DNA from: a virus | Lineage: Duplodnaviria; Caudoviricetes | DNA: 64,000 nucleotides | Strand: one strand, 5' to 3' | Virus record (IMG/VR): IMGVR_UViG_643348562_000001 | Location: 1-64,000 of that record | Shown here: positions 8,057 through 17,264 of the stretch, in pieces | Position numbering within the stretch: the stretch's first letter is position 1 | How the letters are laid out: every line of letters begins with the position of its first letter | The notes under the pieces: model-generated | What the model was told of the DNA's origin: nothing | Database searches by the model: none | What the model saw: the letters and a program-made list of their open reading frames with translations, nothing else | Translations under genes and position numbers: made by a program

Positions 8057-8383
8057 ATGGCAAGCGAATTAATTAAAAAAGCAAGAGCAAAGAAGAATAA
8101 ACATTTTGATGAAAACATTGAACTGGCTTTAGAAAATGTAGAACAACGAATTATAGCAGACGCAGAAAAAGGTAAATCTAAAACTTATATAGGTTTTAAT
8201 TCTCCTGGATCAAACGATTTAACTGTTGAAACGATGGCTAAAAAATATACTGATAAATTTATAGAAAGTATTTTAGATCACTTCAATTTAAATAAACATC
8301 AAATTGAAAAAATTCATAATAGCAGATTTCTACCAAGTCACATAGTTGGCTTTGAAATACTGTGGGGTGAAGAGTATGAATGA
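8057..8383 (+). CDS. Hypothetical phage protein
   Basis: GGAGGG RBS, operon position. Confidence 0.7.
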   Translation: MASELIKKARAKKNKHFDENIELALENVEQRIIADAEKGKSKTYIGFNSPGSNDLTVETMAKKYTDKFIESILDHFNLNKHQIEKIHNSRFLPSHIVGFEILWGEEYE

Positions 8384-8834
8384 TTGTAAATTCATTGGAC
8401 GTATAACGAAAGAACCTGAGATGAGAGTCACGCAAAGTGGTACAGATGTTCTCAGTTTTGATATTGCAGTACAACGTAAATTTAAAAATAACGACGGTGA
8501 ATATGAATCTGACTTCATTAGATGCGTAGCATTCAAAAAGACTGCTGAATTTATTCAAAAGTACGCTAAAAAGGGATATCTTATGGCTGTCAGTGGAGAG
8601 ATGCGAAATAACAACTATGAAGATCAGAACGGAGTCAAGCATTACGGAATGCAGCTAATAGTAAATAACATTGATTCGCAAGTGCTATTTATAAATAAAA
8701 AGCAAGATGATGGCCAACAACAACAAAGCTATCAATCATCTTATACTCAACCGCAGACAACGACAGGACAGAATAATAATCCTTTTGCTAATAGTGGACC
8801 AATCGATATTAGTGATGATGATCTACCGTTCTAA
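8376..8834 (+). CDS. ssb: Single-stranded DNA-binding protein
   Basis: IGRITKEPE..SFDIAVQRKF..DFIRCVAF; acidic tail DDDLPF. Confidence 0.95.
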   Translation: MNDCKFIGRITKEPEMRVTQSGTDVLSFDIAVQRKFKNNDGEYESDFIRCVAFKKTAEFIQKYAKKGYLMAVSGEMRNNNYEDQNGVKHYGMQLIVNNIDSQVLFINKKQDDGQQQQSYQSSYTQPQTTTGQNNNPFANSGPIDISDDDLPF

Positions 8835-8862
8835 TTCATTCAGCTAAGAAAGAGGTGATTAA

Positions 8863-9753
8863 ATGGCTGGGTGGATTAGTCTTCATCGCTCTATTGAAAA
8901 ACATTGGTTATACGAAGAAGAGAGAAAGTTTTCGAGATTTGAAGCATGGGTTGATTTATTGTTAATGGTCAATCATGCAGATAACAAAACAATGATTGAT
9001 GGAAAACTAGTCACAGTTAAACGTGGCCAGAGAATCACCTCTCTTAGAAAACTAGGTGACAGGTGGAACTGGTCATTAACCAAAGTAGATGCATTTTTAA
9101 AGTTGTTAGAAGAAGATAAAATGATTGTCTTAAAAAAAGACACTAAAAAAACACTTGTAACCATTGTCAATTATGACATCTATCAAAATAATGATTTAGA
9201 AAAAAGACACAGAAAAGACAGTGAAAAGACAGTCAAAGAACACAGAAAAGACAGTGAAAAGACACAGAAAAAAACAAACAATAATGTTAATAAAGATAAT
9301 AATGTAAATAATGATAATAAAGTAATAAGTAGTAGTAACAACGACGACTTCAGAACAGTTGTGAGCATGTATCAAGAGAATATCGAACTCAATCCTGCAC
9401 CTGTGACATTCCAGAAAATACAACAAGACTTTAGTGATTACGGTAAAGACATCATGATATATGCGATTAAAAAATCAGCACTTAAAAATAATCACAACTA
9501 CTCATTCATTAATTACTTATTAAACGACTGGAAGAAGAAGCAGCTAACGACAGTTGATGAAATTAAACAGAGCGAACATAACTTCGAGTTTAAAAAGCAA
9601 GCAACTTATTCTAAGCAGAATCAACAAAAAGAAATAACACCGTCCTGGATTAATCAGGAAAATACTCAAAAACAAGACATCGATGAAGAAGAACTTGAAA
9701 GAGAACGTCAGAAGTTACTCGAAGAATTGAATAGCAGTTGGGAGAATTCTTAA
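8863..9753 (+). CDS. Replication initiator (N-terminal wHTH + DnaD-like domain)
   Basis: GWISLHRSI..EAWVDLLLMVNH..KRGQRITSLRKL; YINYLL-type NYLLNDWKKKQLTTVDEI. Confidence 0.85.
   Translation: MAGWISLHRSIEKHWLYEEERKFSRFEAWVDLLLMVNHADNKTMIDGKLVTVKRGQRITSLRKLGDRWNWSLTKVDAFLKLLEEDKMIVLKKDTKKTLVTIVNYDIYQNNDLEKRHRKDSEKTVKEHRKDSEKTQKKTNNNVNKDNNVNNDNKVISSSNNDDFRTVVSMYQENIELNPAPVTFQKIQQDFSDYGKDIMIYAIKKSALKNNHNYSFINYLLNDWKKKQLTTVDEIKQSEHNFEFKKQATYSKQNQQKEITPSWINQENTQKQDIDEEELERERQKLLEELNSSWENS
9200..9280 (+). repeat. Iterons inside initiator gene (likely P1 origin)
   Basis: AAAAGACA at 9202, 9213, 9224, 9246, 9257 followed by AT-rich AATAAT repeats. Confidence 0.7.
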
Positions 9754-9999
9754 ATGATTAAATTCTTAGAGTATCGAAAGTGGATTCAATTATTTAATAA
9801 ATACAGATTCAGTAATTGGGAGACGAGCGACAATAACAGCATCATGTTCACAATAGAAGGTGATGCTTATGTCGTACTCGATGTTAATCATGGTGAAGTA
9901 TACGTTGAGCAGTTTGAGACAGTCTACGATCTAGAGAAGTTCTATGAAACGAAGGTAAATTATCTGCCTGGATTGCAAGCGACGTTATTTGATTATTAG
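9754..9999 (+). CDS. Hypothetical protein ending in clamp-binding-like QATLF
   Basis: Homologous to 51055..51306. Confidence 0.7.
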   Translation: MIKFLEYRKWIQLFNKYRFSNWETSDNNSIMFTIEGDAYVVLDVNHGEVYVEQFETVYDLEKFYETKVNYLPGLQATLFDY

Positions 10000-10010
10000 G
10001 AGGAGAAAGA

Positions 10011-10376
10011 ATGATACCGAAATATAGAATTTTTGATAAAAAGAAAAAGCGTTTTTTAGGAGATTTCACAATGGAAATTGATAAATTTGGTATTCATGTA
10101 CTAGATGAATTTAACTATGTGGTTGATGAAGACGATAGAGTACTCATGCAATCAACAGGCTTACATGATAAAAATGGTAAGGAGATTTTTGAGGGGGATG
10201 TAGTAATAGCAAGATGGTGGAATATCCACGGAGACCATGAAAGAGTAACGTTAGTTGAATGGGACGTAAATAAGTTAGGTTGGAATTTAATTAATAAAAG
10301 TTCAACGAATATGAATTATGAAATCATCGGCAACGTTCACGAGCATTCTGGACTACTAAAGGAGAATGGCGAATGA
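10011..10376 (+). CDS. YopX family protein
   Basis: IPKYRIFDKK..LMQSTGLHDKNGKEIFEGDVV..EIIGNVHE. Confidence 0.92.
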   Translation: MIPKYRIFDKKKKRFLGDFTMEIDKFGIHVLDEFNYVVDEDDRVLMQSTGLHDKNGKEIFEGDVVIARWWNIHGDHERVTLVEWDVNKLGWNLINKSSTNMNYEIIGNVHEHSGLLKENGE

Positions 10377-10566
10377 AAATTATTTACTCACATAGCGACT
10401 GGAATGTAATTGATCCGCAGAATCAGATTGTTGAATCATTTTCAAACAAACAATGTGCTAAGGATTACCTGAAAGCATTAGAAGTACCATACAAAGAATT
10501 TTACAAAGTAAAAGAACATAAAGTGATGAGAAGAGAGGGATAAGTAATGATTAAAATGACAACGGA
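10371..10566 (+). repeat. 196-bp direct repeat, copy 1 (copy 2 at 53380-53575)
   Basis: Aligned by eye, 2 mismatches. Confidence 0.9.
10373..10543 (+). CDS. 56-aa hypothetical protein, same protein as 53382..53552
   Basis: MKIIYSHSDWNVIDPQNQ...; AGGAG RBS; not in ORF track. Confidence 0.75.
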   Translation: MKIIYSHSDWNVIDPQNQIVESFSNKQCAKDYLKALEVPYKEFYKVKEHKVMRREG

Positions 10567-11074
10567 GTTATTCGAGAAGTTCAGCAAGAAGCAGGAAGAG
10601 TTAGACAGCATGATTAGAGAGAAGTTCGAGATTAGTGAAGAAGTGTGGAAATACGATTTAAACGTTCAGCACTCTATCGCTTTAAGAGTGGAACTGCACG
10701 AGTTGGTTAATGAGTGCCACGACCTATGGAAGTACTGGAAGCAGAAAGCAGTGAACCCTGATAGAATCATTGACGAGTTAGTAGACGTTATTCATTTCCT
10801 ACATCTTATATTAAACAAAATGAATTATGATGCTGATTATCATGTAAGAGAAATCAATAAAAACATTCCTAATGACGAACAAACAAAATACGTGACAGAT
10901 ACTTTAGGTGGGGTATTCAGAGTAAACTATTTAATTAAATCAGATGAGTTACACGAAACATACGCACACTTGCTCGTATTGGCTGACCGTTACGCATTCA
11001 CATTAGACGACATCGAACAAGCATACGACAGAAAGAACGCAGAGAATCATAAACGTCAGGAGAGTGGATACTGA
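10547..11074 (+). CDS. Dimeric (all-alpha) dUTPase
   Basis: ALRVELHELVNE..WKYWK..IIDELVDVIHF..AYDRKNAENHKRQESGY. Confidence 0.88.
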   Translation: MIKMTTELFEKFSKKQEELDSMIREKFEISEEVWKYDLNVQHSIALRVELHELVNECHDLWKYWKQKAVNPDRIIDELVDVIHFLHLILNKMNYDADYHVREINKNIPNDEQTKYVTDTLGGVFRVNYLIKSDELHETYAHLLVLADRYAFTLDDIEQAYDRKNAENHKRQESGY

Positions 11075-11181
11075 TGAAGACGACAATCAAATCAAGTAAG
11101 TACATGGATCAATTCAGCAGGGTAGTTAAGAAGTCACTTGAAATGATTAAAGCGAAAGTGAGTGATCATAATGAAGATTAA
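11074..11181 (+). CDS. 35-aa hypothetical protein
   Basis: GGAG RBS, stop/start overlap. Confidence 0.45.
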   Translation: MKTTIKSSKYMDQFSRVVKKSLEMIKAKVSDHNED

Positions 11182-11329
11182 AGTCATTAGTTTACTTGGT
11201 GATTTTGAAAAACAGGTTAACAATATAATTTATGATTTAGAAACTAATAAGCAGGCACAAGTAGTCGATGTTCGTTATCTGTATCATGAAAAACAGATGA
11301 AAGCAGTTATTCATTATGTCAGTCACTAG
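11171..11329 (+). CDS. 52-aa hypothetical protein (Cse60-like pattern)
   Basis: MKIKVIS..FEKQVN..VVDVRY..AVIHY. Confidence 0.5.
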   Translation: MKIKVISLLGDFEKQVNNIIYDLETNKQAQVVDVRYLYHEKQMKAVIHYVSH

Positions 11330-11741
11330 ATTCGAGATTAAATATGTTGATAGGAAAGGCTTTGAAAAGCCGATGCCATCACCAAGACCGAGATTCAGAA
11401 AAGCTGGTAAATTTATTCAGACATATATGCCTGCAAGTTACATGAAACATAAAGAATATATTCAAAAGCAGATGCCGAAGTTATTAATTGAAGATCCTGT
11501 TAAATTAGAGATTTACTTCTTTATTCCAATGGCTAAAAGCTGGACTAAGAAGAAAAGAACCTTGTTATTAGATAAACCGCATCATATTAAACCTGATATT
11601 GATAACTTATTGAAAACTGTTATGGATGCAGCTAACAATCATGTTTGGAATGATGATGGTCAAGTTTATGAAATTGTTACGAGAAAGATTTTTAGTCAAG
11701 AAGCTAAGATTATTATAAAAGTGATTGAGTTTAAAAGTTAA
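11316..11741 (+). CDS. rusA: RusA-family Holliday junction resolvase
   Basis: PSPRPRF..KPDIDNLLKTVMDA..WNDDGQV. Confidence 0.92.
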   Translation: MSVTRFEIKYVDRKGFEKPMPSPRPRFRKAGKFIQTYMPASYMKHKEYIQKQMPKLLIEDPVKLEIYFFIPMAKSWTKKKRTLLLDKPHHIKPDIDNLLKTVMDAANNHVWNDDGQVYEIVTRKIFSQEAKIIIKVIEFKS

Positions 11742-11786
11742 AAGGGCGGTTATCCGTCCCTCAATAATAAAAAAGGAGCGAATGGC

Positions 11787-12689
11787 ATGAGAACGACACT
11801 AAAAGGATTAACTGTAGAAGAAGTAGATAAGGTTATTTTCAATACTAAAAATATGAAGGAAGCAGCAAATGAAATTGGAGTTGCTTATCAGTCATTACTT
11901 CAATTCAGAAGTGAGAACATGAAGGAGTTCAAAAAACTGAAAGCTCAGCGAGAGCAAGGACTTATCTTTGATGAAGCACCTGTAATTAAGACGAAACCTG
12001 TAAAAGGTGCAAGTCAAATACCAATTGTTGAAACGATTGAGAAGTCTGAATATGACAAGCTACTTGATCAAGTTAAAGAGTTAGAAGAGAAAATTATTGA
12101 AAAGAATCTAGAAATCAAGCAGCTTGAAAAAGATAAGAAGAAAGCGATTAGTGATAGAGAGACGTTCGAGAAAGATGCGACAGCTAAACTGAAGAAATTA
12201 GAAAAGGTCGTAGAAGATAGAGTCGATAATAAAGTTAAAAATCTTAATTCTCAACTTGAAAAACACAAAGATACAATCGAGAAAATCAGTGAAGTAAATA
12301 GAAATTTACAAGAAACTGTTAAGCAAGCGAATTTGACGATTAAAGAATACCAGGATAAAGAGACGGAAATGGTATTGAATTATGAAGAGCAATTAAAAGA
12401 AAAGGTTGCAATTATCAAGAATTTAGAGAATGAATTAAGTTCGTCTCAACAATCAGAAAAAGTAATCGACATCATTAATAAAGCAGGACACTATAATTAC
12501 GGTGACATTGAAGTGATTGACTTTATTGAGCAAGTAATTGAGCATTATCCATCAGTCGTAGCGAACAGTATAGCTAACGTTATTAAATACGTTGCCAGAG
12601 CACCACATAAAAATGATGTTCAGGACTTGGAGAAAGCACAGTATTACATTAAGCGTGCAATTGATAAAACAAATGAAAAAATCTCATAA
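11787..12689 (+). CDS. Coiled-coil protein with C-terminal DUF3310-like domain
   Basis: HYNYGDIEVID..NVIKYVARAPHKN..DLEKAQYY. Confidence 0.75.
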   Translation: MRTTLKGLTVEEVDKVIFNTKNMKEAANEIGVAYQSLLQFRSENMKEFKKLKAQREQGLIFDEAPVIKTKPVKGASQIPIVETIEKSEYDKLLDQVKELEEKIIEKNLEIKQLEKDKKKAISDRETFEKDATAKLKKLEKVVEDRVDNKVKNLNSQLEKHKDTIEKISEVNRNLQETVKQANLTIKEYQDKETEMVLNYEEQLKEKVAIIKNLENELSSSQQSEKVIDIINKAGHYNYGDIEVIDFIEQVIEHYPSVVANSIANVIKYVARAPHKNDVQDLEKAQYYIKRAIDKTNEKIS

Positions 12690-12757
12690 AAAAAGAGCCA
12701 TACCGGCTCGTGATTTATATATTCGACAACTATATTATATCACGCTAGGAGGCTCAT

Positions 12758-13318
12758 ATGAGAGATTTATTGATAGAGTATATAAAGTCATCTAAAGAAC
12801 TAAAAGAGCGCATAGAATCATTTAAATTAGAGCATGAAGACGTACTTGATGCATATAAGGAAAGCAAAGGGAAGAATAAAGGCAAAAATCAGACTGCAGC
12901 ATGTCCTATCATGAATGAATTGAATATATTGAATAACATGTATAATGAACAATTATTTATTATTGATTGGCTTCGTTCAGGACATAATCCAAACGAGCAT
13001 AGAGCCATTAACAAACGAACTGTATATTTAGTAGATCATAAAGTCTTGGAATCAGTAATTGATGATAATCACTACAAGAAAGTATCATTTGATGAGTACG
13101 ATGATTATATTAAAGATGCGAATAATAGTATTAGTCATGCTTTAGGGAGATTGAGTAAGAGAGAGCTTGAAGTATTCTTGATGATAGACTGCGAAAAAAT
13201 GAGTTTCCAAGATGTAGCTGAAATATTGAACCTGGCAAAAGGCTCGATACAGAAATTTTACGAAAGAGCTAAGCAGAAAATAGCTAAAGAAGTCGATTAT
13301 AACTTGTTTCTTCTGTAA
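12758..13318 (+). CDS. Late-gene activator (RinA-like, sigma region-4 HTH)
   Basis: LSKRELEVFLM..MSFQDVAEIL..SIQKFYERAK; last early gene before terS. Confidence 0.75.
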   Translation: MRDLLIEYIKSSKELKERIESFKLEHEDVLDAYKESKGKNKGKNQTAACPIMNELNILNNMYNEQLFIIDWLRSGHNPNEHRAINKRTVYLVDHKVLESVIDDNHYKKVSFDEYDDYIKDANNSISHALGRLSKRELEVFLMIDCEKMSFQDVAEILNLAKGSIQKFYERAKQKIAKEVDYNLFLL

Positions 13319-13405
13319 AGTAAAAACACTTGTCAGTGTCTTACGAAATATACATTTACGTAAAGCAAAAATGCTTTACACCTCCTAAAGTGATTAATTG
13401 TTTAC

Positions 13406-13436
13406 AATCCACCTAGTAAAAATTAGGTGGATTTTG
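13406..13436 (+). terminator. Hairpin, left border of cargo slot
   Basis: AATCCACCTAG-taaaaa-TTAGGTGGATT; homologous to 56098-56128. Confidence 0.6.
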
Positions 13437-13463
13437 TATATTTTAATTATAGGAGGGATAAAA

Positions 13464-13730
13464 ATGGAAGAATATTATTATTATGTAGTTGAGATTGTTA
13501 TGTCGAACGGTGCTGAATATAGTATTGCGGTCGGATTTTCTAAAGAACGTCCCGAATGGGAGTGTCAAAAATTATTTTCCGATTGGATAAGTAACAGGCA
13601 GTTCGTATCTGTACATTCTGGTAACTTTGATGATTTTAATATTTCTGTAAGGCACATATTAAGTTATAGATTTAAAGTTGAAAGATACGATTATGATGAA
13701 CTCGGTATATCTGCATATAACTTAGAGTAA
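13464..13730 (+). CDS. 88-aa moron, unknown function
   Basis: AGGAGGG RBS before ATG 13464; followed by CATCCAC/GTGGATG-T7 hairpin. Confidence 0.7.
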   Translation: MEEYYYYVVEIVMSNGAEYSIAVGFSKERPEWECQKLFSDWISNRQFVSVHSGNFDDFNISVRHILSYRFKVERYDYDELGISAYNLE

Positions 13731-13806
13731 CATCCACTTCTGTGGATGTTTTTTTAATTCAAAAATTTATTAAGCAATTAGCAGATGAATTGGTGGTGAT
13801 GTATTG

Positions 13807-13950
13807 ATGTATTTTATTTGGTATATACTTATAATATTTGTTTTGTCGTTATTGATTTACTTAGATGATAAGATGAGTGAAGAAAGACATCATAAACTAA
13901 TGTTTGCATTATCACTCGGATTAATTCTTTTCCAAATATGGTTTTGCTAA
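13807..13950 (+). CDS. 47-aa two-TM peptide (MYFIWYILIIFVLSLLIY...)
   Basis: GGTGGTG RBS; not in ORF track. Confidence 0.55.
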   Translation: MYFIWYILIIFVLSLLIYLDDKMSEERHHKLMFALSLGLILFQIWFC

Positions 13951-14077
13951 GTACGGAATAAGTACGGAAAAATTAACGCTACTTTGATAGTATTATAGTC
14001 GATTAGCAACGAGATATCAGGCATGCATCTTATGATGTTTGTCTTTTTTATATTAAATTAAGCTATTAGCGTGAAAG

Positions 14078-14572
14078 TTGGTGGTAAGTGAAGTGAAACT
14101 TACAGGGAAACAAGAACTATTTGTCAATGGATTGATAGAAGGCAAATCACAAGTTCAAGCTTATATTGATGCTGGATATAGTGTGAATGCAAAAACTGAA
14201 TCATCTATTTATGAAATGGCGAGTAAGCTATTAAAGAATAACAAGATTATGACAAGATACAACGAATTAAAGTCAGAACTCAAAGATAAAGCGTTGTGGA
14301 CAAGAGAGGAATCAATTAATGACCTCAAATGGATTAAAGAACAATCACGTAAGACAATCGAGGAATATGGCGAAGTTAAACATGCTCCTGCTACTGCTTA
14401 TTTAGGTGCTATAACCGAACTGAATAAATTAGGTGTCCTTTATGATCTAGAAGTTGAGAAACTGAAGTTGAATATCGAGAAACAAAGAAAAGAGTTGGCT
14501 AACGATCAATCACAAGAAGATAAGATTAAGCAATTACAAGATGCCATTACAGAAGTGATTAATCATGAGTAA
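14078..14572 (+). CDS. terS: Terminase small subunit
   Basis: LTGKQELFVNGLIEG..QAYIDAGYS..ASKLLKN. Confidence 0.9.
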   Translation: MVVSEVKLTGKQELFVNGLIEGKSQVQAYIDAGYSVNAKTESSIYEMASKLLKNNKIMTRYNELKSELKDKALWTREESINDLKWIKEQSRKTIEEYGEVKHAPATAYLGAITELNKLGVLYDLEVEKLKLNIEKQRKELANDQSQEDKIKQLQDAITEVINHE

Positions 14573-15815
14573 ATTGTCAAGACTTTATACAGAGAAGCAG
14601 ATACAGATACTCAAGGACACGCAAAAACGTGATTGGTTCATGTTAATAAATCATGGTGCAAAACGTACAGGTAAAACGATACTGAATAATGATTTGTTCT
14701 TACGTGAGTTGATACGTGTCAGAGAGATAGCAGATAAAGAAGGATTAGAAACACCTCAGTACATTCTTGCAGGTGCAACGCTAGGAACGATACAGAAGAA
14801 CGTACTAATAGAACTTACGAATAAATATGGATTAGAATTCAAGTTTGATAAATACAATTCATTCATGTTATTCGGTGTGCAGGTCGTACAGACAGGTCAT
14901 TCTAAAGTGAGTGGTATTGGTGCAATACGTGGTATGACTGCTTATGGTGCTTATATAAACGAAGCATCACTTGCACATGAAGAAGTATTCGATGAGATTA
15001 AATCACGTTGCAGTGGTTATGGTGCACGTATATTAGTTGATACGAACCCCGACCACCCCGAACATTGGCTGCTTAAAGATTATATTGAGAATACAGATGC
15101 TAAAGCAGGTATACTCAGCTATCAATTTAAGCTCGACGACAACACTTTTTTGAATGAACGATATAAACAGTCAATCAAAGCGAGTACCCCATCAGGCATG
15201 TTCTATGAGCGAAATATCAATGGTATGTGGGTAAGTGGTGACGGTGTTGTGTATTCTGACTTTGATTTGGAACAGAACACAATTACTGCCGATGAACTAA
15301 ACGAGATACCGATGAAGGAATACTTCGCGGGTGTCGATTGGGGGTACGAGCACTATGGTTCAATCGTCGTTATGGCTAAAGATTTTAAAGAGAATCTATA
15401 TCTTATTGAAGAACATGCACATCAACATAAATTTATTGATGAATGGGCGATGATTGCAAAAGATATAGAAGAAAGATACGGAAAAATTCCTTTTTATTGT
15501 GATACTGCAAGAACTGAACATATCAAGAAGTTTAAAGATGAAGGGATTAACGCAGTTTACGCAAATAAAAATCGTATGGCAGGTGTAGAGCAGGTAGCTA
15601 AGTTATTTAAACTTAATTGCCTGTTTGTTGTATATGATCGTATGGATAGATTTAAACAAGAAATATATAAGTATGTATGGAATAAAAACACTGGAGAACC
15701 TATTAAAGAGTTCGACGATGTATTAGACGCATTTAGATACGCTGTTTATACTCATACGTCCCATCAAAAACCACTATCAACAAACGACTTGATGAACATT
15801 AAGAGTCTTTTTTAA
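14565..15815 (+). CDS. terL: Terminase large subunit, PBSX family
   Basis: HGAKRTGKT Walker A, YINEAS, DTNPDHPEHW, GVDWG, DDVLDAFRYA. Confidence 0.95.
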   Translation: MSKLSRLYTEKQIQILKDTQKRDWFMLINHGAKRTGKTILNNDLFLRELIRVREIADKEGLETPQYILAGATLGTIQKNVLIELTNKYGLEFKFDKYNSFMLFGVQVVQTGHSKVSGIGAIRGMTAYGAYINEASLAHEEVFDEIKSRCSGYGARILVDTNPDHPEHWLLKDYIENTDAKAGILSYQFKLDDNTFLNERYKQSIKASTPSGMFYERNINGMWVSGDGVVYSDFDLEQNTITADELNEIPMKEYFAGVDWGYEHYGSIVVMAKDFKENLYLIEEHAHQHKFIDEWAMIAKDIEERYGKIPFYCDTARTEHIKKFKDEGINAVYANKNRMAGVEQVAKLFKLNCLFVVYDRMDRFKQEIYKYVWNKNTGEPIKEFDDVLDAFRYAVYTHTSHQKPLSTNDLMNIKSLF

Positions 15816-15827
15816 GGAGGGAATATA

Positions 15828-17264
15828 TTGAATTACAATTACAAAGAAAGTTATATCGCTAATGCGAATGATGACTTCACGATTAATAATGAAGAAGATA
15901 TCTATAACGCAGACGTGATTAGGGAGTTCGTGCAGCGTCATAAGTTGGAGCAGTTGCCACGACTACAGTTTTTAGAAGATTATTATCTGAATAGAAATGT
16001 TGATGTATTACGTCCTAACAGACGAGCTGAAACAGATAGAAATAAAGCAGATCATCGAGCAACTCATAATTACGCAAAGTATATCAGTCAGTTTATCGTC
16101 GGCTACATGACAGGTAATCCTATAACTATCAGTCACAATGATAGTTATACGCAACAAGTGATTATGGATTTAAATGACTTCAACGATGCAGATTCTGTGA
16201 ACAGTCAATTATCATTAGACCTATCGATTTATGGTAGAGCGTTTGAAATTGTTTACAGAAACGAAGAAGATGAAGATAAGTTTCTGCCACTTAATCCAAA
16301 AAATACTTTCTGCGTTTACAATACTGACATTGAAAGAAAAATGGTCGCGGGTATCAGATATAGTAATTCAACTGATAGTGATGGTAAACCTTTAGAACGT
16401 ATCGAAGTCTATACCAATACTAAAGTATGTTATTACGAGTTAATGGATGGTAATTATCATCTTACTGATGAGCAAGAACATTACTATAATGAGCCTCAGA
16501 TTACAGAATACGTAAACGATAGCTTTAAACAGGGGGATTATGAAAATGTAATCAGCCTGATTGATTTATACGATAGCGCTCAGTCAGATACAGCTAACTA
16601 CATGACAGATTTAAACGATGCGATGTTAGCAATTATAGGTAATGTGGATTTAACAGGCGACGAAGCTATTAAGTTCAAGAATGCTAATATGATTAAAGTC
16701 ACACCAGGAATGACTGCATCCGGTGGAGAAGGTAAAGCAGATGTTAAGTATGTCTATAAAGAATATGATGTGAATGGTTCTGAAGCATATAAAACACGTT
16801 TAGAAAATGACATTCATAAGTTCACAAATACACCTGATTTAAACGATGATAACTTTGCAGGCGCGCAATCAGGCGAATCCATGAAGTATAAGTTATTTGG
16901 TCTAGATCAAAAACGTGCGACTAAAGAAAGATTTTTCAAACGCGGCCTGATGAAACGTTATAGATTATTATTCCGTATGCATAACATTGTCGGAAATGGA
17001 TTAGATCATACAGACATCACAGTAACATTCACACCTAATCTACCTAAAGCTATTAAAGAATCAGTTGATGTTTTTACTGCATTGCAAGGCTCTATATCAG
17101 AAAAGACTTTGCTCAGTCAATTGCCTTTTATCGATAATCCTGATGAAGAAGCAGAGCAAATGAAATTAGAAAGAGAAGCGCGTCAACAGGAACTGAAAAA
17201 CTCTCGTCCTGACATTTACGATCTAACTAAAGTAGGTGTTGATAATGCCAAAGAAAAACAATAA
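15828..17264 (+). CDS. Portal protein, SPP1 gp6-like
   Basis: HNYAKYISQFIVGYMTGNP, IYGRAFE, QSGESMKYKLFGL, FTPNLP. Confidence 0.95.
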   Translation: MNYNYKESYIANANDDFTINNEEDIYNADVIREFVQRHKLEQLPRLQFLEDYYLNRNVDVLRPNRRAETDRNKADHRATHNYAKYISQFIVGYMTGNPITISHNDSYTQQVIMDLNDFNDADSVNSQLSLDLSIYGRAFEIVYRNEEDEDKFLPLNPKNTFCVYNTDIERKMVAGIRYSNSTDSDGKPLERIEVYTNTKVCYYELMDGNYHLTDEQEHYYNEPQITEYVNDSFKQGDYENVISLIDLYDSAQSDTANYMTDLNDAMLAIIGNVDLTGDEAIKFKNANMIKVTPGMTASGGEGKADVKYVYKEYDVNGSEAYKTRLENDIHKFTNTPDLNDDNFAGAQSGESMKYKLFGLDQKRATKERFFKRGLMKRYRLLFRMHNIVGNGLDHTDITVTFTPNLPKAIKESVDVFTALQGSISEKTLLSQLPFIDNPDEEAEQMKLEREARQQELKNSRPDIYDLTKVGVDNAKEKQ

